DNA of 64,000 nt from IMG/VR virus record IMGVR_UViG_3300013233_000137, positions 5,053 through 69,052 of that record. One strand, given 5' to 3'. Under the pieces are notes generated by a model, which worked only from the letters and a program-made list of their open reading frames with translations, was not told the DNA's origin and made no database searches. This document shows, in pieces, positions 37,701 through 48,400 of the stretch. A program made the position numbers and the translations under genes. The DNA is from a virus. Position 1 is the stretch's first letter. The number at the start of each line of letters is the position of its first letter.

Positions 37701-38258
37701 GAGTTGACGATTACGAACACGAACTGCTGGGCTCTTCAGCACTGTTCCGAAAGCCATTGGCCAGGGGACGTCGATAGCCTCTTCCCAGAGGTTCGTTATA
37801 TCCCCGGCTTTCGGGGCGTAGCCTACAATACCATCTGCTGTCAAGGATTCCAGGTCGAAGGATAATTGACGTAGCCCTTCACTCCAAGATATATCTCCAG
37901 CTATACGGCCTTTGAGTATCGTGGTTAGATCACCAGTGCTTAGCCCCTCGTAATGATGATATAGTGTTACTGACCTACCTTCGATAACCTCGGTATTCAC
38001 CTTGGATTTGATCAAACCCTCACTATCATCGAGCGTTATCCCGATACTGGATACCTCACCAGTGACTTCCTGCTTAAGCTGTGAGACTATCGACGAGGCG
38101 TCGAGAATCCCACCTTGAACACTCCACGCCCCAAGGGTAAACGTCTTATAGCCGTAATACTCCGTGCCACCGGCCCAATTGATTTGTAAAATCAATTGGG
38201 GTTCGGTCCCCAGGGCCGTATCCAATTTAATCTGAGTTGATGAGGTTATGGAACGCAT
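34707..38258 (-). CDS. Large tail tip/hub protein with C-terminal Ig-like domains
   Basis: 1183 aa, downstream of the tape measure; PWPMAFG; Thr/Ser/Gly-rich beta C-terminus. Confidence 0.75.
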   Translation of the reverse strand: MRSITSSTQIKLDTALGTEPQLILQINWAGGTEYYGYKTFTLGAWSVQGGILDASSIVSQLKQEVTGEVSSIGITLDDSEGLIKSKVNTEVIEGRSVTLYHHYEGLSTGDLTTILKGRIAGDISWSEGLRQLSFDLESLTADGIVGYAPKAGDITNLWEEAIDVPWPMAFGTVLKSPAVRVRNRQLGTLTYGINANFTQFQVEKGETFIQSTPIQVQVGAIRFNGSFTDDIFTITEGNIPYYTNVVIANRPMNDANYNDSSVIWLTAGTTVRLPGLYCIVNHATYGWMVNLCYKQEGNKCYFIQPWRPQSTTLEVKLSFGSTISEVCPVVRGSWAVNYVVEHIAKWDNSTWYGIDYEQLVGITVVLRGSWVIPVSTEVKYMADFNNLYIANLLPSTEVLEVYGHRTYRGQRIFAPIPSSYYTVNLSNSLAGYNVTSIEFTTALEDYVGEAWEADVYVSLRSTVGPNVARVIEYLINNWSTLTADSNSFNTVASKTSRYPVGFTLFDLREVLDLIEETAWQARCALYIVNGEVFIKYLSETPTAVATLNESSILLKSMKLSFTSTEDIYTKLIAKWQRDYEAEPTPQYLYSNNVSTYGLRELEKDFYIYNIESLVILSAAFWGYRYSNSWRIVAFTAFLEELALEAFDPIAMGVSIFSANTIRGVIDLVNHNPIDNEIALQAQMASRAGDASSGEPTENLNYFTGDPSHAINGNPMPSDVGAGRSQIDYTVPTQGQTTSEPETGTGTGKGDPDVYELEFTSQPTEVQRGVAFDLAVRIKDSLGNTVYESTSATLGLTSTDGGDVLNTINISIVNGTWSSSAVQINTGAGSDAGTISVAAGGYTGATTSSFTIIDARMDTLAWVGTPATVVRDVVIANYTLTGGAAGEIIDIILASSDGADILYDSSDSVITQVTLDGSGSYTFSGTYIKGGNGADVGTLTAVDTTQNKYVFKQSSQFALSGLSAVTVVTTVAFSQTSAADEDYLKITPPSAIEDTTDFALTIQILNPDDTVDTSYIETIRVEAYDDDTNTLLSWLDGGPNASNYGGFLYADMQNGEWTCSTCEIDVGLATNIRINAEVLYQETRFNDSVVVGVETPYLAMTMPGSISRGSAFSLDIQAINGDGSANTTFAGNINFTLSGTGLNGEILTPSSTDNTGWTNGRKIVSITLSGGTGNKGFTLTAQEV

Positions 38259-38623
38259 TGAAACTCCAGGCTAAGATCGTAAGTATCACTACACTCGTCA
38301 CTACCAGTTGTGGTGGCTTCTATGGGGTTGGTGAAGATGATTCCCTTCCAAAGTACGGCCTCATGGTCATTATATCCTACTATACTTCCACTACTTGTAC
38401 CCAGGAAGGTGAGGAAGTTCTCAACATCCGTTTTACTAAGGTTCTTGAAGCTAAGCAGTAGCCGCTGGTTCATTGGTGTTCGCTTATGACTATGCACACT
38501 TCCATCCATGGCTATCTTGAACATGGTCTTCACATCTACCTGCTCATTATTGCCTAACTCCGGATTACGTAAGGTCACGGTAGTAGTTGGAGTGGTATAG
38601 GGATATTGGAAGCTTACACTCAT
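38246..38623 (-). CDS. Distal-tail-like protein, paralog of 44515..44946
   Basis: LRNPELGN vs IRNPEYGD; WKG.I.TNP vs WDG.I.SNP. Confidence 0.6.
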   Translation of the reverse strand: MSVSFQYPYTTPTTTVTLRNPELGNNEQVDVKTMFKIAMDGSVHSHKRTPMNQRLLLSFKNLSKTDVENFLTFLGTSSGSIVGYNDHEAVLWKGIIFTNPIEATTTGSDECSDTYDLSLEFQCVP

Positions 38624-39108
38624 ATCACTACTTTCTTTAGCTTATCGAAAACAGGTTTGTGCTTCACTATGTCATCATATTTGGAAGTGGCATTGATACT
38701 TGCTTCATTAGTAAGGATATCTGCCCGAATCTGATCACGTTCAGCAGCGATGTCTGCCGGTATTGGGGTCCCCTTCTCCGCTTTCCGAATAACATAGTAA
38801 TCAGTTTGATTTAGTAAATCACGAGCTATAGCATTAAGTTCCTCGACACGGTTAGCTTTGGCATCTGCTACCGTGTCTTTGGGTTCGGTGGTATGGGTAC
38901 GGACTACAGTACCATTAACATCTTCAGAATCGGTATATCCTGTGCTCTTGTAACCTTCAGTAATTTGGGCCTCATGGAAGGGCTTGACTCCGATCTCTGC
39001 CAAGGCTTCTTTGCTCCACTTCACCAGAACCGCACCTCTACGCCTCTGGCCATTGCCGTCTGTGAAGTCCTTCTGGCGATTGATAACTTGACCATTGACT
39101 ATCCACAT
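38620..39108 (-). CDS. Tail fibre assembly-like protein
   Basis: LLNQTDYYVIRKAE...R..IR motif, following the fibre gene. Confidence 0.65.
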   Translation of the reverse strand: MWIVNGQVINRQKDFTDGNGQRRRGAVLVKWSKEALAEIGVKPFHEAQITEGYKSTGYTDSEDVNGTVVRTHTTEPKDTVADAKANRVEELNAIARDLLNQTDYYVIRKAEKGTPIPADIAAERDQIRADILTNEASINATSKYDDIVKHKPVFDKLKKVVI

Positions 39109-39123
39109 ATGTTTCTCCTTAAG

Positions 39124-41289
39124 TTAGCGTGCCCTAGCATAAATAAACGGGCTTTCTGCGAATGCAGCGTAAATATATGTGCCACCGTTGGTGTTATATG
39201 ATGAATCATTTAATCTTATTTTAAAGCCATTTGATACATAATCAAGATAATCAAATGTAGTTTCTGCATTAGATGTGTTTGCAAGAAGTGACTTATTATT
39301 GGCATTATAACTACCTCTTCTTGCATCTGACATATACCAATCAGCTGGGGCATCAATCTTCTTCACCATAACATAAGCAGGACGGAATCCGCACCAGATG
39401 AATGGACCATCTGCGCTGCCATTCCCTGTGTACTTACCGAACTTACTGAAGCCTGGTACACTGGTAAAGAGGTAGGCTATGAAATTGTCTGTATTAGTAT
39501 TGACAAGTCCATTAGAACCAAGACTAAATACAGTACTTGTTGGAGCAGTGCTATTCCACATTGTGGCATCCGTTTGCTCTGCCTGAGTTCCATCCAAATA
39601 TAAGAATTTTGTAAGAGCTGTTAAATCCTTATGGTAAACAGCCCAATCAAATGCTGTTGTCCTATCTTTTATAATCATCATCTCAAGCACAGCACCAAGA
39701 CTATGGGCTATCGTTCTATTTGTGGCATTACCAGTATAACTAACGATGTCGAAGCCTGGGATTGCACCTTTCTTCCAGCACCATGCTGCATATGTTTCGC
39801 CACTATTATTATAGTCAGTAGTTGTGCCTACAGTGAAGCCATTAGTATCAAAAGATGTCAGGCCATTGGGATCAGTTGCTTCAGCTACCATTAAGTCTGA
39901 TGACAATCTTTTGGTAGCACCTCGTACCGTGTCTGTGAGCATATGACTACGAGCATTACTGCGATCCTTAATCCAGGCTAAATCAGGCGAGAAGTCCAAA
40001 GCAGCACGAGCCAACGTAGCACCAGTACCAGTGTAGAGGTCAACATCAAAATAATCACTTGGCTTCGTGATTGCTGGAGTAGATAGATTACTGGTGCTGA
40101 GTGCCGAGCCAGAGGCCGTCCCTGCGAAGGTGCTGGCCCCGAAATTCCAAGTCGTAGCTTGAGCAGTACCATAAGGGAACCATAAGCCTGTTAGTGAAGT
40201 AGCGATACTGGTCCATGACCCTGCATCCGTGATGTTGATATAGTCAAGATTCCCCGCCGCAGTCATGCGAAAACCAAAGGTTTTATTGGCGGTTACAGTC
40301 GTAGTATGAGTGGTACCGCCATCCTCACTAATTACTCCGCAGGTTGGCGCACTTGCCCCAGCAGTTACTTCCCAATAGCTGGCGAAGGCATTAGCATCAA
40401 ATGTGCCTTGACATGTTCCAGTTGCCTTCAAATTTCCATCACTCAAAGTGCTAACACTTGGATGAACACCATTGAGAACAGCATAATTATCCTCAGGGCT
40501 ATCACTCACTTGACTCGAAGTCGTCAGCCCACTGGTCGTGTAATTATTACCATTACCACTAACATCTGTACCAAGTGCCCCTGAGTTGGCGTAGTCCATC
40601 CTGAAACCATTTGTTCCAAACGTTCCAGTGTACCCCTGTGGACGCCAGTTACCATTAGTGTCAAACTGTCCGAAGCTGGAGGGAGTTAAAGCCTGGCCGT
40701 CAACCAGAATTGTCTCAGCGAGGTAGCCGTCGAATAATGAGCTACTAGATAATACGTACCTACCTATATAATGTACAGTCGTATTATTTACACTATAGTC
40801 AACATTGGCAGGTTGCGCACCTGTTGCAGCCGCCTCTATCCCATTAATATATATTTTAATATTGGTGTTTGCTGCATCAAAGGCTACCACAATATGCATC
40901 CAGGCACTTATGTCTCTAAATACCGCAGAAGTTACACGATTAAAGGGGTTAGCATTTCCAGGGTCATTTGTTACAGATATTTTATCTGTATCAGTGCTAT
41001 TTGAGAATGCAATCATCGTACCCTTTTCAGTTCCTGATTTATATGCATTAAATAGTATTCGTCTTGTAGCACTCAAATCTCCCCTCTTCACCCAAGTAGA
41101 AAAAGTCCAAGCCTTACGATTGCCAGCAACACTAGGAGTACGTGACATATAGTCACTATTGCCACTGTCGAAGAGCACAGAATTGGGAATGTTAAGATAA
41201 GATGACATGGCAGTATCGCTACCATTCGGGCCATTACGCACGAACTTCTTCAGATAGTCATTTTGAGTTACAGTTGATCGTCTAATCAT
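39124..41289 (-). CDS. Tail fibre/receptor-binding protein with LamG-like domain
   Basis: WTFSTWVKR, WMHIVVAFD, FDGYLAE, repeated YTGNG/PDL.WIK modules. Confidence 0.78.
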   Translation of the reverse strand: MIRRSTVTQNDYLKKFVRNGPNGSDTAMSSYLNIPNSVLFDSGNSDYMSRTPSVAGNRKAWTFSTWVKRGDLSATRRILFNAYKSGTEKGTMIAFSNSTDTDKISVTNDPGNANPFNRVTSAVFRDISAWMHIVVAFDAANTNIKIYINGIEAAATGAQPANVDYSVNNTTVHYIGRYVLSSSSLFDGYLAETILVDGQALTPSSFGQFDTNGNWRPQGYTGTFGTNGFRMDYANSGALGTDVSGNGNNYTTSGLTTSSQVSDSPEDNYAVLNGVHPSVSTLSDGNLKATGTCQGTFDANAFASYWEVTAGASAPTCGVISEDGGTTHTTTVTANKTFGFRMTAAGNLDYINITDAGSWTSIATSLTGLWFPYGTAQATTWNFGASTFAGTASGSALSTSNLSTPAITKPSDYFDVDLYTGTGATLARAALDFSPDLAWIKDRSNARSHMLTDTVRGATKRLSSDLMVAEATDPNGLTSFDTNGFTVGTTTDYNNSGETYAAWCWKKGAIPGFDIVSYTGNATNRTIAHSLGAVLEMMIIKDRTTAFDWAVYHKDLTALTKFLYLDGTQAEQTDATMWNSTAPTSTVFSLGSNGLVNTNTDNFIAYLFTSVPGFSKFGKYTGNGSADGPFIWCGFRPAYVMVKKIDAPADWYMSDARRGSYNANNKSLLANTSNAETTFDYLDYVSNGFKIRLNDSSYNTNGGTYIYAAFAESPFIYARAR

Positions 41290-41630
41290 ACTTGACTCCC
41301 AAATATCTGGATAGTAACCTTATTGGCATTACTTGTCGCCGCCTGAATCGTGTCATTCGTATTTTCAAGTACCAAGCCAATCTTGGGAACTTCCACAAAG
41401 ACCGTTTCATTTGCTGCAAGGTCATCAGCCCAAAAACGATTAGCATCAGCAGCAGTACCAGCTGATCCAGCATTATCTGGTACATTCCAAAGTTCTACAC
41501 TCTCAGTGACACTATTCGTATTATGCAATACGATTAGCGTCACATAAGAGGTCTTGGAAGCGGGATTAGCGAAGACCGAAGCGGCAGCAGCCGCTATAGT
41601 CGTAATCTCTGTAAGCCTTTTATAATCCAT
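41286..41630 (-). CDS. Tail-associated protein
   Basis: ORF with AGGAGA RBS in the tail cluster. Confidence 0.6.
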   Translation of the reverse strand: MDYKRLTEITTIAAAAASVFANPASKTSYVTLIVLHNTNSVTESVELWNVPDNAGSAGTAADANRFWADDLAANETVFVEVPKIGLVLENTNDTIQAATSNANKVTIQIFGSQV

Positions 41631-41653
41631 AGTATCTCCTTTGATTTACTAAA

Positions 41654-43384
41654 TCAAGCGAAGTTCCATGCTTGTAATTGAGTAATATCATCCAATATCC
41701 TACCCCCAATGATCTTCCAGCCAACAGAGGCATCTACATAAACCAATCCGAAAGTGGCGCCATTCGTTGCGATGATGATATCCTTAGCAAGGCTCTCGAT
41801 ATTCTGACCATTCCTAGCTATCGTAAGGACATATGTAGAGGCCATTAGGGCAGCGTCCGAGAACCATACCTCATCACCTACTGAAGGGGCAATAGGCAGT
41901 GTCAATGTCAGATCAGTAGCGGCCACAGCAGCATATCCATTACCTACTAATGCCGTGGTATCTCCAGTTATCTTCGACCAGGTTAAACCTCCGCCGCCTC
42001 CCCCTCCAACGGCGTAGAGCTGGTTACTGCCATTCTCTTTGATTGTGACGTTATCGATCTTGATCGCCACGCCATTCGTATTAACACTAACAGCCGTAGC
42101 CAAATTAGCGCCGCCAACGGCATCGGGCTTCACACTAAGGGAAGCACCAGCCCCGCCTGTAATGCCATTACCTTGTGTGGCTAGACGCAAATTAGCGGAG
42201 CCATCGGCCTCAATACCAGTACCTGCAATGGCATTGACATCGAGACCAGCGCCATCTGCTGTGAGGTTAACAGGTTGCACGTCGCCACCAGTGATGGCAT
42301 CAGCTTTCACACTTACAACACTACTCGTTATGTCGATGCCATTACCAGCGAATAGACCGCCACCTTGATTTATGAGGTTCCAAGAACCAGTTGGCACCGT
42401 GCCATCGAAGGAATACTGGTTATTGCTATTCACACCTAGACGAACTACTATGGCATTGCCATCTGTGGCATCTGTCCCTGCAGTACCAGTGAGACTTGTA
42501 CCATCGAAGTCTACGACCTTACCATCATCTGTGGCATCGGTATACGGGGCGATCAGTGCAGTTGTCGTAGATAACGATGCCCGTGTCCCCGAGGCCACGA
42601 ACCCGCCACTACCAGTTACAAGTTCAATCCAGCTAGTACCATCGAATTCCGCAACACTACCTGCTACAAGGGCATCTGAGGCTCCAATAGTTGGAGTACC
42701 AGCATCAGTACATACGTAACAATCGCCTGAACTAGGTGTAAGGCCATTCAGTGTTGCTATCGTGGCATTACCAATGAGGTTGACACTCTCCAAAGGGAGC
42801 TTCCAACTTGTGCCAGCTACCGCATTGGCAATGGCCACTGCTACCTTGCTGGCGGTCCAAAGTTCGGAAGTCGTAGTACCTGTGTCATCGACGGTTACCC
42901 CTGCATCCTGGGGATGCCCATTGGCGTCGATACTAACGAGATTGTCTTGTGTACCGGAGATGTCACTGATAGCAGCTTTGGTCCAGACAGCGCCAGTATC
43001 GTAGTATATGTCATCGGTATCTGTGGCTATGAAAAGCCGGCCCCTCTCTGCCGCAGCAGGGAGATTAGCTATAACATCCAATAGTACTTTGCCAACTAAG
43101 ATATTGCTGACTCCATCCCCGACGTAGATCTCCTTCTCATTATCAGTAGTGAAGTACATCTCACCGGAAGCCAAGGTGATACTGCCAAGGGCTACTTTCG
43201 AGCCCCGTCTAACTTGGACTGTAGTTGTATCGCCATCAGTCCCAGCAGTATCGAGCTTCCCCTTGATGTAGATATAAAGAGAAGCCAACGTACTCTTAAA
43301 CGAGGACAAGGCATTGACGATATACATCTCGGAGGCATCATTTGGTGCACCTACTGAGAGGTCTGATAATTTTTGATCAGCCAT
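41654..43384 (-). CDS. Tail fibre protein
   Basis: VQVRRG...LASGE N-terminal motif, AGNGI repeats, poly-Gly hinge. Confidence 0.75.
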   Translation of the reverse strand: MADQKLSDLSVGAPNDASEMYIVNALSSFKSTLASLYIYIKGKLDTAGTDGDTTTVQVRRGSKVALGSITLASGEMYFTTDNEKEIYVGDGVSNILVGKVLLDVIANLPAAAERGRLFIATDTDDIYYDTGAVWTKAAISDISGTQDNLVSIDANGHPQDAGVTVDDTGTTTSELWTASKVAVAIANAVAGTSWKLPLESVNLIGNATIATLNGLTPSSGDCYVCTDAGTPTIGASDALVAGSVAEFDGTSWIELVTGSGGFVASGTRASLSTTTALIAPYTDATDDGKVVDFDGTSLTGTAGTDATDGNAIVVRLGVNSNNQYSFDGTVPTGSWNLINQGGGLFAGNGIDITSSVVSVKADAITGGDVQPVNLTADGAGLDVNAIAGTGIEADGSANLRLATQGNGITGGAGASLSVKPDAVGGANLATAVSVNTNGVAIKIDNVTIKENGSNQLYAVGGGGGGGLTWSKITGDTTALVGNGYAAVAATDLTLTLPIAPSVGDEVWFSDAALMASTYVLTIARNGQNIESLAKDIIIATNGATFGLVYVDASVGWKIIGGRILDDITQLQAWNFA

Positions 43385-43393
43385 GATTTATCC

Positions 43394-43564
43394 TTACAGA
43401 AGTAAACTATCTCCGGATTCAAGTAGTAATCCACCACCATCTTCCTTCAATAACCTGCCAACAGTGGCTATAATCTCCTCCCCAAGTATAGGGAGTAGGA
43501 TATTATCTCGAATCGGAGAGCCAAGAATAACGTCCCTTATTATACCTTTGAAACGCTTGAACAT
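43394..43564 (-). CDS. Small tail-associated protein (56 aa, not in ORF track)
   Basis: AGGAGA RBS; ends LLKEDGGGLLLESGDSLLL. Confidence 0.6.
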   Translation of the reverse strand: MFKRFKGIIRDVILGSPIRDNILLPILGEEIIATVGRLLKEDGGGLLLESGDSLLL

Positions 43565-43572
43565 GTCGTCTC

Positions 43573-44427
43573 CTAAACAGTATATACTAATCTCAATCCC
43601 AGAAGAGAATGTGTGTTGACGCTATTATTCGTAATCTTAACCCCTACAATATCTCCAGCAGCAAGTGACCCCAATTGACTTGATAAATCAATTTCAAAAA
43701 GCTGATCTAGGGTTACATTATAAGTAGTAGTGGTATCACTTCCAGTATTGGTATTCTTTGCCTCACCAACTGCCGCATACTGGAGGTCATAGTCTATATT
43801 CTCGGTACCACCAGTTGCTCCACCAATTAGAACTAATTTGGCAGATGTTAAAATGGCGAAGTCATAAGGCACATTGAAACTTAGGTACCCTACTCCAGCA
43901 GCGGCAATATCCTGGGATGCATAGTCTCCATTATTATTACCAGTATTACAAGAGATCCAAGTTTCCTTCTTTGGGGCTGCCCACTTCACACCAGCAGCCT
44001 GGGCTGAATCCGCCACCAGCAATTGGTTATTGGCTCCAACACCTAAACGGGCTAAGGCATTGGCACCAGTGGCTGCGAGGATATCCCCCTTAGTCGTTGC
44101 CAAGGACTGCATAACAGCGCCAGCGGAAGCCACATTAGTGGCATCGGTGACATCGGCTAAAGCCTCGACAGCATCAAGCTTCGTGATCTGTGCAGCAGTT
44201 GCTAGGCCCTTCTGTGCGGCGGTAGCATCCTGGATATCATCGGTACCATCTGTATGATTAGCAGCATGTGTTGAACCGGCCTTGAGGTCCAGAGCATCAC
44301 GGATAGCTTTCTCAGTTGCTAAAGCAGTATCAACACCTGGAGTACCTACTGCTGTATTAGCATCGTAGCCATCCTGTATATGGTCCGCACTTGCGGCCTT
44401 TGGTATTTTTCCAGCAGTAAGTCCCAT
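43573..44427 (-). CDS. Tail fibre-like protein
   Basis: TTKGDIL...RLGVG...GVKW motif; start MGLTAGK after AGGAG. Confidence 0.7.
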   Translation of the reverse strand: MGLTAGKIPKAASADHIQDGYDANTAVGTPGVDTALATEKAIRDALDLKAGSTHAANHTDGTDDIQDATAAQKGLATAAQITKLDAVEALADVTDATNVASAGAVMQSLATTKGDILAATGANALARLGVGANNQLLVADSAQAAGVKWAAPKKETWISCNTGNNNGDYASQDIAAAGVGYLSFNVPYDFAILTSAKLVLIGGATGGTENIDYDLQYAAVGEAKNTNTGSDTTTTYNVTLDQLFEIDLSSQLGSLAAGDIVGVKITNNSVNTHSLLGLRLVYTV

Positions 44428-44514
44428 CTTTGCTCCTTGCGGCAGGGCCGCTTGATGCTGGCCTTGCCAGCTTTGATTTACTAAATCAATGGCCACGGGC
44501 CAAATCAATGGCCG

Positions 44515-44946
44515 CTAAATCACCTTAACAGTGTCCTCATCGCCATTATATACTTGTGCACCAACATCATTTAGTAGGAGTTGTGCAACTCCTGAATAAA
44601 TGGCCATCATCTCGAAGTCAACATCATAGTTACAATCATCCTTGATGGTGACGATATCGCTAGGATTCGAGATTATATAGCCATCCCAAAGCTCATCATT
44701 AGAATCACTAATTGTCACTTGTAATCCGGCAGCAGCTTGCAGAGCTGATCGGAAGGTGACCATCTGGGCACGACGTAAAGACCTGAAGGTGAAAACCCTA
44801 AATTGCTTATCGGGCCAGTCATCAACCGTCTTATACTCCCCTCCAACTGTTGGACGGTTCTCGACATTGGTATCCAAACGGCGTATATCCCCGTATTCGG
44901 GGTTACGTATTGTTAGATATCCGCCTGGATAGAATAGTGTGAACAT
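44515..44946 (-). CDS. Distal-tail-like protein
   Basis: Position after the tape measure; paralog of 38246..38623. Confidence 0.6.
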   Translation of the reverse strand: MFTLFYPGGYLTIRNPEYGDIRRLDTNVENRPTVGGEYKTVDDWPDKQFRVFTFRSLRRAQMVTFRSALQAAAGLQVTISDSNDELWDGYIISNPSDIVTIKDDCNYDVDFEMMAIYSGVAQLLLNDVGAQVYNGDEDTVKVI

Positions 44947-44955
44947 AGTGATCCC

Positions 44956-45453
44956 TTAACCAGCAGCGCCAGTAACAGTATATGTCACATTGAGAGTATC
45001 GCCAGATACGGCGGAGACATCTCCATCCGTGAAAAGCCCAGTGGCCCAAAGTGTCCCAGCAGTTCCACCCTTGGTGCTATCGCTACAGCAGAATAGTCCA
45101 CTTATAGTTACAGTGGCATTGATGCTGTAGACTACGTAAGCCGCATTGGTGACGCTCTTACTTGCAGCAGCTCCAACAGTCCATGTCTGCCTGACCGCTT
45201 CGGTATAGCTCTGTTCCTCAGTCCAACCAGCATGGCTTGCCATAGTATCACCATCTACCAAATCCCCAGCAACAGCACTTCCTATAAGGCCCAAATACCA
45301 TGTTGCTACTTGGGCAGAGGAGTTGAAATATGTATCCAGAATGGCATTGACACCTTCAGCTACAACGGCATTGTCAATATGTTTGGTAGCAAGTAGCTTA
45401 CCATCTCGATGATGTTCGACAACAAAATGTCCTTTGAATTTTAGTTTGTTCAT
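44956..45453 (-). CDS. Tail protein
   Basis: NAVVAEG, WYLGLI, GDTLNVTY; directly follows the tape measure. Confidence 0.65.
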   Translation of the reverse strand: MNKLKFKGHFVVEHHRDGKLLATKHIDNAVVAEGVNAILDTYFNSSAQVATWYLGLIGSAVAGDLVDGDTMASHAGWTEEQSYTEAVRQTWTVGAAASKSVTNAAYVVYSINATVTISGLFCCSDSTKGGTAGTLWATGLFTDGDVSAVSGDTLNVTYTVTGAAG

Positions 45454-45463
45454 ATTCTCCTCC

Positions 45464-48400
45464 CTAATTCAGCTTCAATGTTCCTCGGCGTATTTGCCTT
45501 CTAAGTAATTTTCCGAATTTCGTCACATCATAATTCTCATTACCACTGCTCTGCATGGAGACATTAACATCTCCAACATTATTGTTTACAAGTCCGCCTC
45601 TAGCAAAAGGAGTGGCGTTCATGGCTACCAGTTGACTATAGAAACGCTTCGAGGAACGGGCGTTCATCACGAACTCGCCAGGACTAAGCATAGCGGGTAT
45701 TGAGTCCATACCTATCTGGCCCCCATGGGCTTTGCCTATTGTCTTAGGATTAGTCCCATTAAACTTTTGCAGCTCTTGCAGGATCTTTACAAGGGTCAAG
45801 GTCTGCTTGGGTAGTTCTTCCTTTATAACATTACTAAATCCTAGCTTTTTCTGTATGGCTTCGATCTTCTTCAAAGTTCTAGCAGACTCCCTGCCTTTCT
45901 CTAGAGTTTTCTTCTGGGCCTCTACAACCTTATTTTGAAGTGCATGTAAAGATACAATAGCCTTCCCTATCAAATCTACTGAAGGCAAAGATGTAGCCCC
46001 TATTGCCCCAGTCGCCCTCTCAAATTTACGGAGATTATCTTGCAAAGCCCCAATATTCGTGGCAGTGATGTCTTCAAATGTAGACTGGAGTTGTTTTAGT
46101 GCATCCTTTTTAACAGTTACTGGCACCACTGCCCTATCCAATAAAGTTTTAACGCTCTCAGTTATAGCATTCTTTACCCCTTCAACTCTGGCTATTGCAT
46201 CTGCACCTTGAGTTTTAAGGGCCTTTTTCTCCTTGGCAATGATCTCAAGGCGTTTCTTCAATTGATCATCAAGACCACGGAGTTTTTGCTCATTGTCATT
46301 TGCTGTAAGAAGAGCATTGAGTTGTCCTCGACGATCTGCAAGCTTCTGTTCAAGTCTAAAGCGTGTAGCCTCATCGAGTCCAGCGCCCTTCTCTGCGAGG
46401 GTCTCTCTGAAGGCTTTAATACTCTTTAAGGAGTCTTCGATATTTTTCTTCTGCTTCTTGAGATCATCTTCCTTAACAAGTCCCGTAGCAGTGATGTTGG
46501 CTACTTCAACATAGGCATCTTGGATATCAGCAATATTCTTCCTCTGAATAGCTGCTGCAGCTTCACGCTCTTGGGTAACTTTCTTAGCCTTAATACGTAG
46601 TTCTTCCTCAAACTTAATTTGGTCCTTTAGAAGTTTGAGACGCGCACTCTGAATATTGAATAATTTGACCCCTATTCCTATTTCCTTCTTCTTGGTCTTG
46701 GTCAATTGATTTACTAAATCATTTCTCTTTTTAACCAGATTAGCGATCCGTTGTTCCGAATCTGCTTGTTTCTGAAGACGGGCAGCATCAGCGGCCTGGG
46801 CTCTGGTGTTAGAGGTATCTACTATAGTCTTACCATTCTTAGTGGTAATCCCTACAGCTTCACCAGATTTACTGGCTCTACGGATTTTATCAAGGGCCTT
46901 GAGTTCATCAGAATGCTGCTTCCGACGTACTTTAGCTATATCTTCATCGGCCCGTTTTATCTTCTCACGGAGTTCCAGTTCACGTTTAGAGTTCTTGTTC
47001 GCGCCCTTCTGAATATTATCGATAAGAGTTTGAAGAGTGGCAATCTCCTTATAAGCATTTCGAGCGTCATCTACAGCCTGCTTATCGACCCCAACGTTAA
47101 TCGTGCGTAACTTCAGATTCTTGATACGGGCTTTGATGGCTTCTATCTGCCTAGTGGGATCTTCTATCTTACCAAGGACGCCTTCAAACAGTTTACGTTC
47201 AAGCTCACGGCGTAAGTCTACAATCCTATTTGCAGCATCATCCGCGAGTTTGTTGGCTTCTTTAATGGAGTCCGTGATGCCCTTTAGACCTGCTTTCAAG
47301 GACTTCTTGACCTCGCCATATGCACTGGCAATTCCTTTACCGATGTTCTTATCTAGAGCTATTTGATCATCTGAGAGTTTGAAATTCGCTGAACGTATAG
47401 CTGCAATGGCTTTAAGAGCAATAGTTTTGATCTTATCATAAGATTTGAAGGCATTGTTAACAAGTGCATCAGTGATCTTCTTGGCATCTTCAATTTGTCG
47501 TAGTCGGAATTTCTCTGAGGCCTTTGCAGCTTCCTCTAGAGATGAGGTATATGAATCTATAGCTACTTTTAATACCCCTCCAATTATGGATGCGACCACA
47601 ACAGCAATATTTAAAGAGGTAAGAGCACGTTTTAATGTCTTAGTTGCTGCTATGGCTAAGAAAATAGCTGGAACTAAAACTATCTCAAAAGCACTAGCAA
47701 GAGTCTTCACAATGGTTGTTAAAGAAATTAGTTTCCTATTCACTAAGGATAGAACTTCGACTACATCCTTACCAAAATCATTTGTGAAAAAGTTCTTGAT
47801 CTTATTGACTTCAACCTGAATATTTTTACCAGCACTTTGGAAGATGATCTTCTGAGCATTTGCAAAGGATTTTCCTGCATTTTCAATCTTCTTGAAGTTC
47901 TCTCGGTAGTCCTTCAGTCCTTTACCTGCAAAGACCATATCACCAACCGTACCACGAATACGCCTAAAGAACTTCGCAATCTCGGTACTACTTCCCTTAG
48001 TTCGTTTCTCAATTTCAGCTAGGGCCCCGCCGAATCCTAGGGCAGCAATCATTGCCTCGCCAGAGGAGAATCCCAATTCCCTAATTAGACCTTTCATCGT
48101 ATCCGTAGGACGAATGAGGCTTAGCATAACGTTACGAAGTAAGGTCTGGGCCTCATTAAAAGGTATACCTCGTTTAGTTATGGTATCAACAGCCGCACCT
48201 AATTCACTGAAACGGATATTCAACTGCTTTGCAGGTACTGCAAGTTGACCTATAGTCTGGGACATCTCATTCAGACGCACGCGGCCTAGTTCTACGATCT
48301 TAAATGCCTTGGCAGCATTCTTACCAGTTTCCTCTAAAGAGAAATTGTAAGCATTCTGAATAGCTGTTAAGAACTGCACAGCGGTTGCCGAGTCGGAGAC

